DNA of 64,000 nt from Neophaeotheca triangularis (Eukaryota): assembly GCA_054600435.1 (NCBI GenBank), contig BAAIJX010000027.1:1-64000 (forward strand). The letters run 5' to 3'. The position numbers and the translations under genes are program-made. Of this stretch, positions 36,742 through 48,415 are shown in pieces. Positions within the stretch are counted from its first letter, which is position 1. Each line of letters starts with the position of its first letter. The notes under the pieces are model-generated. The model saw only the letters and a list, made by a program, of their open reading frames with translations. It made no database searches and was not told where the DNA came from.

Positions 36742-37530
36742 ATGCTCCCCACACCCCCCACCCCCTCCCTCCCCCCAAACGTCTACGAACCCTCCGAAGA
36801 CTCCTACCTCCTCCTCGACACCCTCTCGTCGGCAACGGAAAAGCGCTACCTGCAAGCCCACTTCCCGGCCAACACGCCAACGCCACTGATAGTCGAAATC
36901 GGCACCGGCTCGGGAATCGTGCTCGCCTTTCTCAACACGCACGCGGGGGAAATCTTCGGCCAAGACCGGCACGTCTTGACGTTGGGGGTGGAAGTTAGCG
37001 GGGTGGCGTGTGAGACTGGGAAGCGGACGGTTTTGGGGGCTGCTTCATCTTTGGAGGAGGAGGAGGAGGGGGAAGCGGGTAGGGGTAGGGGTAGGAATCG
37101 CAGCTTCCTTGGTATCGCGAACGCCGATTTGACGACCGTGGTCAAGTCGCACTCCGTGGACGTGTTGGTTTTCAACCCGCCGTATGTGCCTACGGAGGAG
37201 TTGCCGGCGCTGCATCAGGAGCGACGTCAGCAGCAGCACTTGTCGGACTCGCAAGCGGCTTTTGAGCATGACTCCTGGTTGCTTTCGCTTACTTATGCGG
37301 GCGGCGCGGATGGCATGGAAGTTACCAACCGGTTGTTGGCGGATGTGCCGAGGGTGTTGAGTGAGAGGGGCGTGGCTTATGTGCTGCTGTGTGCGCAGAA
37401 TAAACCAAGAGAAGTGGCTAGGGCTGTGGGGGAATGGGAGGGGGGTTGGGTGGCGGAGATTGTTGGGTCCAGTGGGAAGAAAGCTGGGTGGGAGAAGTTG
37501 TGTGTTTTGCGGATAGCGAGGACGACGTGA
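36742..37530 (+). CDS. MTQ2: eRF1 glutamine methyltransferase catalytic subunit (HemK2/N6AMT1-like)
   Basis: MLPTP start, VYEPSEDSYLLLD, EIGTGSG, FNPPYVPT, YAGGADG, AGWEKL. Confidence 0.95.
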   Translation: MLPTPPTPSLPPNVYEPSEDSYLLLDTLSSATEKRYLQAHFPANTPTPLIVEIGTGSGIVLAFLNTHAGEIFGQDRHVLTLGVEVSGVACETGKRTVLGAASSLEEEEEGEAGRGRGRNRSFLGIANADLTTVVKSHSVDVLVFNPPYVPTEELPALHQERRQQQHLSDSQAAFEHDSWLLSLTYAGGADGMEVTNRLLADVPRVLSERGVAYVLLCAQNKPREVARAVGEWEGGWVAEIVGSSGKKAGWEKLCVLRIARTT

Positions 37531-37967
37531 GCGGCGCGAGTGGGGGGTGCTGGGGGTTGCTTGGTTGGGATGGCGGGCAGGCGCAACTAGATGGGATTGA
37601 GGTTCGACCATGTTGTGTTTGGCACGATACCTCCTACGGCCGCAATAGTCGTAATCCGCTCTCGTCATCACAGGGCCTCCTTCAAGCTCGCGGCACTTCA
37701 CACTGCTACCAAGTCCAGCTGTCACCGAAAGCTGCAAGAGCATTGCAAGTCGCCGGGAAACAATCGGCGCAGATGTCCAGCCCACAAACCACCTTTCCCA
37801 ACGAGCATTATCGGCAGCTCAAACCCCTCAACACATCAACAGTACTTTCTAGGTCACACTTCCTTGTGAAAGGATAATGCCCCTGCGAGCTCCGCACCAG
37901 CAAGCACTCCAAAATCAGAACCGGACAAACCAGCGGGATAGGAGCCTCCAGCAGTCCAGCATTAGAT

Positions 37968-38489
37968 GAGAGGAATGCAAATCGGAACAGCCCGATGCAG
38001 CGGTAGTAGGCCTCCCAATCGCTAGCGGGCAGCCGGGCGTGTAGCTACTGCTGGGGATACATGACAGCAAAACACGGAACAGGCTTGGCGTAAAGCCCGG
38101 CTGGCAGTTCCGCGTTTCGCTGTCACCACGACCTTTCATTGGGGGTTTTCGGCCGGCCGGGAAACTCGAGTCGGGCGGCAGGAAAAGGACAGAATTCTCA
38201 GGTTTCCGAGTGAATGTCCCGGTCTCTCCAGACTTCCCCGGGTCGGCGTTGGCTGCGCAGCCCTTGCCATTGGCAAAGTCCGTCCGACTTGATGAGCTGC
38301 ACTCCCACACGACGAAAGGTGCACACGAAAGGTGCACCGAGAGAGAGGGACAGGAATCGCCGGAAACCAGGTAGAACCGTCACGCTCGCGTCGCCCGCGA
38401 AGCCAAAAGGGAACGAGCCCGACTATCGCGACGCGGCGGGCGAAAGTCTGCCGCGTCAGAAGAGCCGACAGTAGAGTTGCGGTTTTCTC
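37968..38489 (+). ncRNA. Unidentified multibranched structured RNA element (independent ncRNA or UTR structure)
   Basis: Nested helices found by eye, including 38030-38/38095-103, 38110-24/38467-82, 38169-76/38417-24, 38201-08/38361-68 and a 12-bp C-GAAA-G hairpin at 38430-38457; G-U pairs favour the + strand. Confidence 0.55.
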
Positions 38490-38529
38490 CAAGCAGACTC
38501 AGAAAAACCATCCATCTCCTGTGTCTGCC

Positions 38530-40591
38530 TCAAATCTCCCCCCTATAATCCTCCAACCCCGTATCATAGCGAAAATCACTCAACCCTTCATTCCAATGCG
38601 CCGTATCCTCCCCATCCCCGCCACCACCATCAGCAAAACCGCCAGTATCCCCCTTTCCCCCCTGCAGCTCCCCCGACTCCGCCCTCGCGATCCCAAACCC
38701 CCCAGCCCCCAACCGCCTCAAATTCTCAGAAGTCCGCAGACTCGGCTTCCGCACCTGCTCCCCCGGCAGCAACGGCAAAAGACAAAAATCCCACTCCTCA
38801 TCATCCCTCGCGACCCGATCGACAACAGCACCGGCCCTCCTAGCGACAGCCTCGGGCACAAAACTGCCCCGATGTTCCGCCAAGTGCGCGAGATACTTGT
38901 CCGCGCCGAGACAATTGGCGGGCTTCGCTTCCCCGGCGTAAGCGCACAACAGGCATTGGAAGACATATTTGCCGTCGCGCATGTACTTTTGCGGCACGTG
39001 CGACTTGGCCAGCAGCGGCCAGCGGAATTTGAGCCCGAGCTTGTCCACGGCGTACACTTTTTCCCACACTACCGATGTGTCGATGCGGCCGGCGAAGCAG
39101 CATTTGCTGCTGCTGCAGGCGAGGAAGTGCGTGTCGGACGAGGACCAGGGTTCGTTGAATTCTTTGCGTTTGTGCAGGGCGGAGCGGTCGTGGTTTTGTA
39201 GTTTGATGGCGGATTTGCAGAAGTTGAGGTAATGGTTGTCGCTCGTGGGGTGGGGGAGGGGATTGGAGGGTTTTTTGGTTTGGCTGGAGGGGTTGGAGGT
39301 TGGGGCGTTGGAGTGGTTGTTGGAGGAGGCCGAGGGGTTTTGGGAGGCGAGGTTTGTGGAGGATGGGGCTTGCGAGTGTAGGGTTGAGGAGGAGGCGTGG
39401 CCGCGGACTATGGACGGGGCGTTGGCTAGACTGCTCATTTGCGTTGCTGGGGAGAGGGGACCGTTTGAGGAATGGAGGGTTGTGCCTCCGGGGGAGGTTG
39501 GGCGGCTGTTTTCCTGTTCTGAGAGGTGGTTTTCGGATTCTTTGCTTTCGGCCAGTCCGCCGTGGTCGGGAGCGAAGTTGAAATAGTTGTTGGATCTGTT
39601 GGCGGGTGGTTGTTGGGGTCTTCCTGTGGAGGTTGGTGAGACTTCTCTGCTATCGTCAGGCCGGAACGGCCGCAGCGGCATGCTCGTGGGTGAGACGGGT
39701 TGCGGGCCTTGTTCCGGCGGATCTACTGCTTGTGCTGTCGCGTTGCTACTTCCATTGCTCGATGTGTTGTCCTTACTCGTATTCTTCCGATGTTTGAACA
39801 TGCTCAATAGCGAGCCCGTCCTCTTGGCTCGCTGCTGGTTTTGCTCAGCCCCCGACATGGCATCCTCCTCCCCAGACGTAGCAGTGGATTGAGAAGCGCC
39901 GAAGTCCCGCGTCCACGTCTTGTGCTTCTTGGTGGACATCTTCCTCGGCGGCCCCACCTCCTTCTTCCCCTCTTGCTGCTCCTGCAGTCTAGGGACCTGC
40001 TCAGTCGACCTAGGAGCATCCGCAGGCGCCGCCGCATTCGCCGACTCGGGTGGCACAGTCGTCATAACGGGCAGCGTGGGCATATTATTGACAGGGCCGC
40101 TCGTCAACAACCTCTGCCTCAACTCACACAGCGTGCTAATCGTCCTATCCCTCCCCAAATCCGCCGCATCCACCAGATTTCCAAACTCCTTGATGTCATC
40201 CCCATCGGCGGCGACGTTTAGTTTCTGCAACAGATTCTCGCGCAATTGTATGGCGATTTGCTGCAGCGCGATTACGGCAATATGGTCGCCGTCTTCAAAG
40301 GCTTTTTCGAAACGTTGCAGGCCGCGTTGCTTCTCGCGCACTATGTCGTCCGGGGCTTGGTCTATGGACTCTTCGAGCAGGCGAGGTGGTGGAGGAGCGC
40401 GGTTGTCGGCGCGGCGTTTTTTGAGCTGGTCAATTGTGGCGCCGGCTTCGCGGTAGACGTTGATGACACCTGCGACGCAGGCCTGGGAGGTGGGGGAGAG
40501 GGCTTGTTAGTTTGTGGCTTTTGTGAGATGGCACAAGGTACTAGGCATGACTACTCACGACTATGCCCACGGCTTCACCGACGACGCTCAT
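38530..40591 (-). CDS. Hypothetical protein: N-terminal helical domain, disordered middle, C-terminal Cys/His-rich domain; intron 40558-40483
   Basis: Exon 1 MSVVGEAVGIV splices in frame to the 603-aa ORF; C-terminal FC..CSSSKC..LAKSHV..CLLC..HLAEH. Confidence 0.85.
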
Positions 40592-41769
40592 GTTTGGCTG
40601 GCGTTCACGCTGAGTCTATGGTACTTGACTTTGAGTCTCGGCGCGAGCGAGAGATGGAGATGGGCAGGATGGGAAGAGAGATTATTGTGCGGTGCGATCA
40701 ACTAGGTTGGCTAGTACGAAGCACATGTGGACCTTGATTTGCTTTTGCTTCCTACCTGGCCAACAACACGCTTGCCGGCTGATGAGTAGTCGAGGAGAGA
40801 CAGAGTAGGTAGAGTACTCGGGTAGGTAGCAGTATCTACTTAGGTTAGTTAGTGCTATAGAATAGAGAGGGGGTGCGGGTGACGGGGTGACGGCCCGCAG
40901 CAATGACGGTGGATGGACAGGTGGGAGTAGTCGGGGTGTCAGGTGCAGGTGCAGGTGGTTGGCGGGCGGTGGAGAGTGGAGGTTCATCTCAGCAGGCGGC
41001 GGGGGATGCTGTTAGATTGCTCGTCGTGAATCGTGCGTGATGCATGGAGGGGCAAGTACTATATACCTACTGTAGGTACTATATAGATATAAAGGATACC
41101 TCAGGTACAGTAGAGATACAGTACATATCCAGATCAGTCATCGACCTGTTGGTAGGTAATAACTTAGAAATCACTACCACGTGCGTAATAATGGGGGGAG
41201 TCGATCCCTTCCAAGGTTCTTTTCTATGTAAGTTACCTTATTAAATACAGGTCAGGTATGCCGCCCCACACTCCCTGTTCGTTCCTCGCTTCCAATTTCC
41301 ATTTCATTTGCATCAACGTTACTAGTAACGTTATGTAGTTATACCTAAGGACAACCTAGATGAATTTGATCAATGCCATCAGTTTGTGTATACGACATAA
41401 AGAGGTAAAATCTATATTTGTCCATGACTTGCTTACTTCTAAATATATTATTATCATCATTATTATTATTATACTTAACAGTGTGGGGAGTGAGGATGCC
41501 CACACTTTTTCCCCCTTCCAGGCATTGCAGTAGTGCCACCGCCGCTGTGGGCCTCCTCTCTCTGATACTCCCTCGACATCACCTCGCAGCAGATCTACAC
41601 GCTCCAGCAAGCCTCAACAATTATAGCGAGTAAGTGCGAATGGCCTCTCATTAGCCAGGGAAAGCACGACAGAGTCAAGTACAAGACCACAAACCTCCCT
41701 CCCGCGCCATTTTCCCATCCATCCCATTACCCAACACCATCAACTCTCTCCCCCCCGATCTCACCCAAA

Positions 41770-42776
41770 ATGAAACCCACCACCATACTCCCATTCCTCG
41801 CCAGCACCCTCGTCACTGGCCAAGAAGACTACTCCCCCTTCACCCTCACAACCCTCACCACCCACCAACCCAACGGCTATCCAGGCGGCAACGTAAACTA
41901 CTACCGCATCGGCTTCAACATCGCCTCGACAGACGCCGCCACCAACACCACTTCCCGGGCTTATTGCAACCGGTTCTGGGGCGACAACAACCGCGACGAG
42001 ACGGCCGCTTACTCTCTCGGCGTCCCCACTGGCCAATGGATCCAATGCGACTCTTCGGAGCAAAACCTCGGCGATGGGGCGAGCGATTTTAGTTTTCAGC
42101 TATTCCCTTACTTTTCCATTGGGAATTTCTCGCTCGAAGTCAGAAGGACGATGTAAGTGAGCATAAGCAAGCAACACCCCCACAGTCCCCTCATCCACCG
42201 TGGCCAAAAAAAGAATAAACTAACACCACCCATCCCCCCAGCTCAACCCAAAACCTTCTAACAGCCCACACCCACCTCACCAACACGACCCAGCCGACCC
42301 CAGCACTAACCTGCCAAATAAACCCCCAACAAGTCCCCTCGTCTTCCGTCCACGCCTCAGGCGACTGCAACCTCGTCTCCCCCCACCTCCTCCCGGCAAA
42401 ACCCTCAACCCCTGGCCCTTGCACCCCCCCTTCTTCCCCGAACCACCCCATAACCTTCCCCGTCCAAAAAGCCACCCTTCCCGCCCAATCAATTTACCTA
42501 ACCGGCTCGCACCCGCTGCTGGGCTCCTGGGAGCCCGCGGCCGCCGTGCCGCTAACTGAGACGGGGTCTTGGCAGTCTTATCCCTTGTGGAATGGCACTG
42601 TCGAATTGCCCCGGGGGCAAAGGGTGGAGTATAAGTTTTTGCTCAAGACGGCCGACGGGGCGTGGGAGTGGGAGTGTTGCGAGAATCGGATCTTGGAGGT
42701 GCCGAGGCTGGGGGAGGGTGGTTGTGGGCCGCTAGCGGCTGGGGGGCAAGGGGTGGTGGAGTTTTTTAGGGGGTAG
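41770..42776 (+). CDS. Secreted protein: unknown N-terminal domain plus C-terminal CBM20 starch-binding module; intron 42153-42241
   Basis: Signal peptide; after splicing, IYLTGSHPLLGSW...PLWNGTVELP..VEYKFL..WEWE..NR, which fits the CBM20 pattern. Confidence 0.85.
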
Positions 42777-43026
42777 GGCCGTTAGGCGTAGTGGCGGGGG
42801 ATAGGAGGGAGGGAGGCGGGAGGTGGGAGGGGAAGTTTGTCAAGAGATGAGGAGGGAGTGTTTTCGAGTCGATGTGGTCCCCGCGGCTTTAGGGCAGGAG
42901 ATGGAGACCCTTGCCCTCGTCGCGGCGGAAGCTGTTTGTACTGCGCGTTGCACACACATGCTTGGTAGACGGAGCCGATTAGGGGGTTTTCTTTTTCTAC
43001 CGTTGGTAAGTACAATGAGCAGTTGA

Positions 43027-43112
43027 AGAAGAACAAGAACAAGAACGAAACAAGAACAATAAGAAAAACAAGAAAAATCAAGAAAAATCAAAATCAAAAT
43101 CAAAATCAAAAG
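43027..43112. repeat. A-rich hexamer microsatellites (AAGAAC)n and (AAAATC)n
   Basis: Directly visible. Confidence 0.8.
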
Positions 43113-44329
43113 ACCCCGCCCCCCCCCCCTCACCAAGTATCCCGCGTACCTCACACCTGTATATATACATAAATATATACATACATACAAACAATCCCAC
43201 CGCCATATCAAATTTCATCTTTCCCACGCGCCGCAGGCTACAAGTTTTCTCCCGGGTGGAGACTAGATAGGATATATATAATAAGGTATGCAGGTGCTGT
43301 ACGCATTTAGGGCTTACGTACCGTAGACGGCGGACGTCTGATAAAACGTGCGGTGTGGTTTGTCATGGCGGTGCGGTTGTGGTTTTGCGCGCTTGTTTGG
43401 GCGAGGGGGGGTTGTGTGGACTGTATTCGCTTGGATTGGGTTGGGTTGGATTGGGTTGAGTTGGACTGGCTCTAGACTCGAAGCGTCGATGATGCCCAAG
43501 GACGATCGATGAGTTGGAAGAGTCTCGTTGGGAGAGGGGCTCTTTTTTTTTTTTTTTTTGGGCACTGCAGACTGGTCGTGTGAGACTGCGAGTCTGAGAC
43601 GACTAGCTAGTAGTTCATGCTTCGCTCGCAATGTTGATTTCGGACTCGGGGTACTGCGGAGGCTGTCGATTTTGCACTTTGATCTGTTGGTTGAGAGCTT
43701 TTGTGAAGCGGTAGACCCCTTCTGCGATGAGTGCATGGAAGCGTCGAGGGTGGAGACGGTGGGTGTCGGCGAAAGTGGATGTAGAACACTCTGTTAGGTA
43801 TAGTGAGGCGGTGAGATACCGCGTCGTCTAGGGTAGATGTAGGCAAAGCCGTGTTAGAGGGAGGGAGGATAGGTCGGTCGTATGGCGCAGATTTTCGGTT
43901 CCGGGTGACGCTTGGAAGATCAATCGCTGGCAGAAGTCCCGCTCTGGTTCCTGTTTCACCGGCACTCCTCGTATAGCGTGTTGGGTCTAGCTTCATTGAA
44001 ACGAAACTACAAGCTGGTGGTATCTCCCCTCGTGCCGCAATCGATACACTGGGGCCTGTGTTTACTTCTCGAAATCCCGTCCGCTCGAGTCACCCGCGGA
44101 AGGTTGAAGGGTTGGTGACACAAGATGCAAGTAGTTTCTGCAGAAACAGTGACTTGACCAGCTTCGATAATAGCCGATGCAAATCTCCAGACCTATCCCA
44201 AAGCTACCTGCGCCTCGAATGCAGCAGGCTCGAAGAAAGGAGCGGACTAGGATTCGTAGATCCGTCCTCCACGGTCGTAGGGGCCTCAGAAACAGCAATG
44301 CTCGGCAGAGAGATGGCGGATAGCGATGC

Positions 44330-44857
44330 TCAGACCCGCCCTTGACCACCCATCCCGGGAATCTCAAACGGAAACCCCATCAAATGCCCCCTCCCCTCAA
44401 CCAACTCCACAATCGGCAAAAACAGCTCCCTGCCCTCCTCCCCGGCCTCCCGCTCCCGCTCCAACCTCACCCACTCACAAACCCTCTCCCACTCCACCCA
44501 CTCCCACCCGCCACACTTCTCCGGCTCCATCCTCCTCGGCACAACCTCCCCCCCACCACTGCAATCTCGAACCCCACAAAGCACAAAAAGCGTAACATAA
44601 TGCTTCCCGTCCTTTTCAAAAACAGAATTCACCACCGCCACCAACCGCAACGCTTGCACTTCGAGGCCCGTTTCCTCCAGAGTCTCGCGCGCCGCGCACG
44701 CCAGTATCTCCTCGCCGTGCTCCAGGTGGCCGCCGGGGAATTGAAGCGTTCCGTGCCCGTGGCTGCTGAGGCGTTGGCCTAGGAGGAGTTTGGAAGGGTG
44801 CGAGGGGTGTGGGAGGAGGGCGGCGATGCCTACGCGGACGTCGGGGAGGGGGGGCAT
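44330..44857 (-). CDS. Nudix hydrolase (NUDT15/NUDX1-like)
   Basis: VRVGI start; Nudix box GGHLEHGEEILACAARETLEETGL; HYVTLF, MEPEKCGGWEW, LFLP. Confidence 0.93.
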   Translation of the reverse strand: MPPLPDVRVGIAALLPHPSHPSKLLLGQRLSSHGHGTLQFPGGHLEHGEEILACAARETLEETGLEVQALRLVAVVNSVFEKDGKHYVTLFVLCGVRDCSGGGEVVPRRMEPEKCGGWEWVEWERVCEWVRLEREREAGEEGRELFLPIVELVEGRGHLMGFPFEIPGMGGQGRV

Positions 44858-45420
44858 GGTTTCAGGGGTTTTCTTTCTTGGTTTTTAGGGGTTGGTTACG
44901 GGTTGATGGGACGGTTTGTGGCGGTGGGCTTTGTGCGTTTTGGGTGGTCACTGCTTTCTCTTTCTCTCTCTCTCTCTGAAGTGTGCGGTGGTGACGTCGC
45001 TGCCTGGCTGCTTTATTCGTCCAGCGTGTTGCAGCCAAGATATAGTGAATGCCGCTGTTGACGAGGCTCTCGGTTCGCACACCTGATACGGAAATCTGTT
45101 TATCTGCACAGAAAAGCCCCTCCCGACATCGGCGAGGAAGTGGGATGAAGCCAGGCTTGTCCGTGTCATCAACCGCATACAGCCGAGCTACTACCTAGGT
45201 ATACACATATCGTACTTCTCCTGGCAATACTTGTTTAAGATACCTACAGTAGTAACCGACACGCAGCTGAGACCTTCCTCTTCTCGACCTCCCGACCCGA
45301 TCAAAACACTCCACCACCAACTCTACCAAGCCGACCACGCTCAAGCCCACTCAGCAACCTCCCCAAGCAAGCAGCACGAACCCACAAACCTCGCATCCCG
45401 GCACCCCCCCCCCCCCAACC

Positions 45421-46386
45421 ATGCCAACCCCTGGCGGCAACGTCCTCGCCCACGGCTCCCCAGCCGACCTCCTCCCCCCGAACTGGAAAACGGCAATCCC
45501 CCTCTGGCTAGCCGAAGACACGCCCAGCTTCGACTACGGCGGCTTCGTAGTCGGCTCGACGCCCACAACCGCACACTTGCTAGCCAAAACGCCGGGGATA
45601 CTCGCCGGGGTGCCGTTTTTCGACGAGATCTTCACGTACCTCGGGTGCGCTGTGGAATGGCACCGGTCAGAGGGGGAGGAAGTGTGCAGACAGGGGGGCA
45701 AGGAGAGGGTGGCGACGGTGACGGGGCCGGTCAGGAAAGTGTTATTGGGCGAGCGCGTGGCGTTGAATTTGCTGGCGCGGTGTTCGGGGATCGCGACGAG
45801 GAGCGCGCAGACGTTGGCGTTGTTGCGCGAGGCCGGGTACGGGAATACGCTCGCGGGGACGAGGAAGACGACGCCTGGGTTTCGGTTGGTGGAGAAGTAT
45901 GGCATGTTGGTTGGCGGGTGTGATGGGCATCGGATGGATTTGTCGGCCATGACGATGCTCAAGGATAATCATGTCTGGGCTTGTGGCGGGTCGATAGCGA
46001 GCGCGGTTGCGGCGGCCAAGGCGGCTGGGGGGTTTGCTATCAAGGTTGAGGTTGAGTGTCAGAGTGAGGAGGAGGCGCATACGGCTATTGAGGCTGGGGC
46101 CGATGTGGTCATGTTGGATAATTTTAGTCCCGAGGGTGTTGCGGTTGCGGCGAGGAATTTGAAGGATCGATGGGGGAGGGGGAGGGAGAGTAGGTGTCTT
46201 GTCGAGGTTAGTGGTGGGTTGAATGAGGGCAATGTGGGGAAGTATGGGGTTTGTGAGGATGTGGATGTGATTAGTTCTAGTTCGATTCATCAGGGGGTTG
46301 GATACGTGGATTTTTCGCTCAAGGTTGTGCCAAAGGGAGAGGGGGTGGGAGGGAAAATGGGGAATGGGGAGTCGGCGGAGACGTGA
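45421..46386 (+). CDS. BNA6: Quinolinate phosphoribosyltransferase (nicotinate-nucleotide pyrophosphorylase)
   Basis: WLAEDTPSFDYGG, GERVALN, GTRKTTPGFRLVEKY, MLKDNH, EVEC, MLDNF, SGG, DFSLK. Confidence 0.97.
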   Translation: MPTPGGNVLAHGSPADLLPPNWKTAIPLWLAEDTPSFDYGGFVVGSTPTTAHLLAKTPGILAGVPFFDEIFTYLGCAVEWHRSEGEEVCRQGGKERVATVTGPVRKVLLGERVALNLLARCSGIATRSAQTLALLREAGYGNTLAGTRKTTPGFRLVEKYGMLVGGCDGHRMDLSAMTMLKDNHVWACGGSIASAVAAAKAAGGFAIKVEVECQSEEEAHTAIEAGADVVMLDNFSPEGVAVAARNLKDRWGRGRESRCLVEVSGGLNEGNVGKYGVCEDVDVISSSSIHQGVGYVDFSLKVVPKGEGVGGKMGNGESAET

Positions 46387-47954
46387 GTTGGAAGTAAAAT
46401 ATAGGGTTTTGAGACGTGTTGAATGCGCAAGACAATTCATGTCTCTGGAGAAATAGATCGAAGCGTTTTGAGAGGACTGGCGAATCGAATGGACGAGGAA
46501 GCTGACATGTGCTATTGCCATCATGCCTGGGAAGGGAGATCATTTTATACCTAGGTATCGCATCCCGACGGCGAGTGATTACGGCCGAATCAACACTGCC
46601 TTTTGAAGTCTGGAAACGCTCAACTAGACGATTGTTAGAATTTCAAGACGTGCCGATATCTTCGCGCAGCATAAAGCATCACTGCCGTAATATCTACAAC
46701 CCCAAGAGCGATAAGTAATGCTGTCGGGGTGGACGCATACACACAGCACTTGTTCGGTCTCATACTAGAACGTCTATTTGTGCCGCATGCCTTACCTTAT
46801 TGATGTCACAACTCCATCGAGCTGCGAGAATGCGCGAGAGGCAACCCTTCTTAGACTAGGTAAAGTGTAAGAGTGTAGATTTGAAGGCGGAAAGGGGGAA
46901 AACGGTGGAACAGACCATGCTCCCTCCTGGGCGAGCTTAATAGGGGCGTACCTAGGTGAATTGACCGAAGATTTCAGACGCAATGGAATCGAAGTCTACG
47001 AATGCTCGAGTACATCTCGAGAAAGGTGTAAGGGGATGAAGCAATCGATTGCCTCGATACCAGCGTCGAGGCAATGGTACCTAGGTAAGGTCCCTTCCCA
47101 TTGCGCAGCGCTCTAAGACCAAAACAATTCGGAGACGTCCGCATTTCAGTCATAATCACCAACGCCATCAGAACTGGCCACTCCTGCTAACAAGGGATGT
47201 AATAATAATGAACAATACCCTAAGGTATGCCAAAGACGACAACACGCCCGCCATCCGAATCCATCGCTCCTCCCGACAATGGCGCCGGTAAATTAGAAGT
47301 TAAGACATGCAATGCATCTAGGCGAGAAACCTGCTGGTCTCCCGCACATGTTGCATCTACATACCCAAGGAATCAGCCGTGGCTCGCGCCGAGCCAACCT
47401 TGATATGCATCGAAGAAGTCAGATAGGTGAAAGACCGGCTAGCCGAGCGGGTAGTCTTGGTCTTACCACGGGTAAAAGCACACATCGCCGGGGGATGGAT
47501 GGCGCGATGATGAGGATGATGATGATGATGATGATGATGCTAGGGCGCAGCGTGCAGCGTGCAGCACTGCAGACGGGACCTTGGACGTCTAGAAAACGCC
47601 ATGGACATAGGGAGGTAGGTGACTTAAGCCTGTACTGTACCTATGTAGGTAGCCCGCGGTACAGTAGGCTGTAGGCCGTAGGTCTGCCATCCATACTAGT
47701 AGGTACTATCTTATTATGCTCTCGGCATACGTTCAACCTAGTGCCGCCGACAGCGTGGGCGCAAAGAATTCGCTGCTAATAAACTAAACCTAATCCGCCA
47801 CGCCCTAACTTGTCTAGGGTTTTCTAGACGACTTCTCGCTTCGCTACAGTACTACTGCTTCATGTGGTGAGGTGGTGGTGTGGACTGGCTGGTATTATTT
47901 GTGTTTGAACACCCCCAACTCGGCTCCACCGCCGCCTTCTGCATCTCATCTCAT

Positions 47955-48007
47955 CTCTCATAGTCTCTCATAGTCTCTCATAGTCTCTCATAGTCTCTCA
48001 TAGTCTC
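47955..48007. repeat. Tandem 10-mer (CTCTCATAGT)x5
   Basis: Five perfect copies are visible. Confidence 0.95.
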
Positions 48008-48415
48008 ATGTAGGCTCGTATGGACACGGGTAATTATTGTCCGCCCGGCTAAGGTATACGTCTCCCATACGTCAGTCCATGTCCACTTACAGTTACGACT
48101 GCCAACTGGTGACATTCCCTGCCCATACATGGTCTACGTGTAGGCGAGAACGACACGCCCGCACGGCTTGCCCACATATCAAGAAGCGAAACGTTCGCTT
48201 GATGAGGCTCCAAGTCCGGGGAAAAAGGTTGGTCCCCGTTGATTATCATTTCACCACACACCATCCCGTGTCAGCCTCCATTTTCTTCACATTATTACTC
48301 TTGTCCCCTCCCACATTCCCTCGACACGCTTCGCCCAAAGAAAGGCGAGCGCATAGAACCAGCAAACCACACCCCTCTCACGACGCGAACGCGACCTCCA
48401 TCATCCATCACCCCA

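Noticed and set aside
38286..38338. Hammerhead ribozyme (UGAUGAG...CGAAA)
   Set aside because: The core is UUGAUGA rather than CUGAUGA, stem II is poor, and there is no NUH cleavage site positioned with stems I and III.
38461..38486. Group II intron domain V (AGAGCCG...CGGUUUU)
   Set aside because: Too short, with no AC bulge or GNRA loop and no domain VI or maturase; the same bases fit a longer alternative helix.
38159..38489. Firm call as RNase P, RNase MRP or SRP RNA
   Set aside because: Only partial CR-I-like text; no convincing CR-IV/CR-V, P8/P9 or SRP helix-8 motif, so it is left unidentified.
43607..44320. Additional minus-strand gene downstream of the Nudix gene
   Set aside because: Some protein-like fragments, but no consistent start, splice model or recognisable motif.
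45742..46524. Long antisense ORFs over BNA6, MTQ2, DSD1, PDI1 and others
   Set aside because: Shadow ORFs expected from high GC and codon bias on the opposite strand of well-supported genes.
47784..47809. Telomerase template (CUAAACCUAA / CCCUAAC)
   Set aside because: Neither is 1.5 copies of TTAGGG, and both overlap predicted long-range helices.
47955..48007. CRISPR-like array
   Set aside because: Head-to-tail 10-mer without spacers in a eukaryotic context; an ordinary minisatellite.
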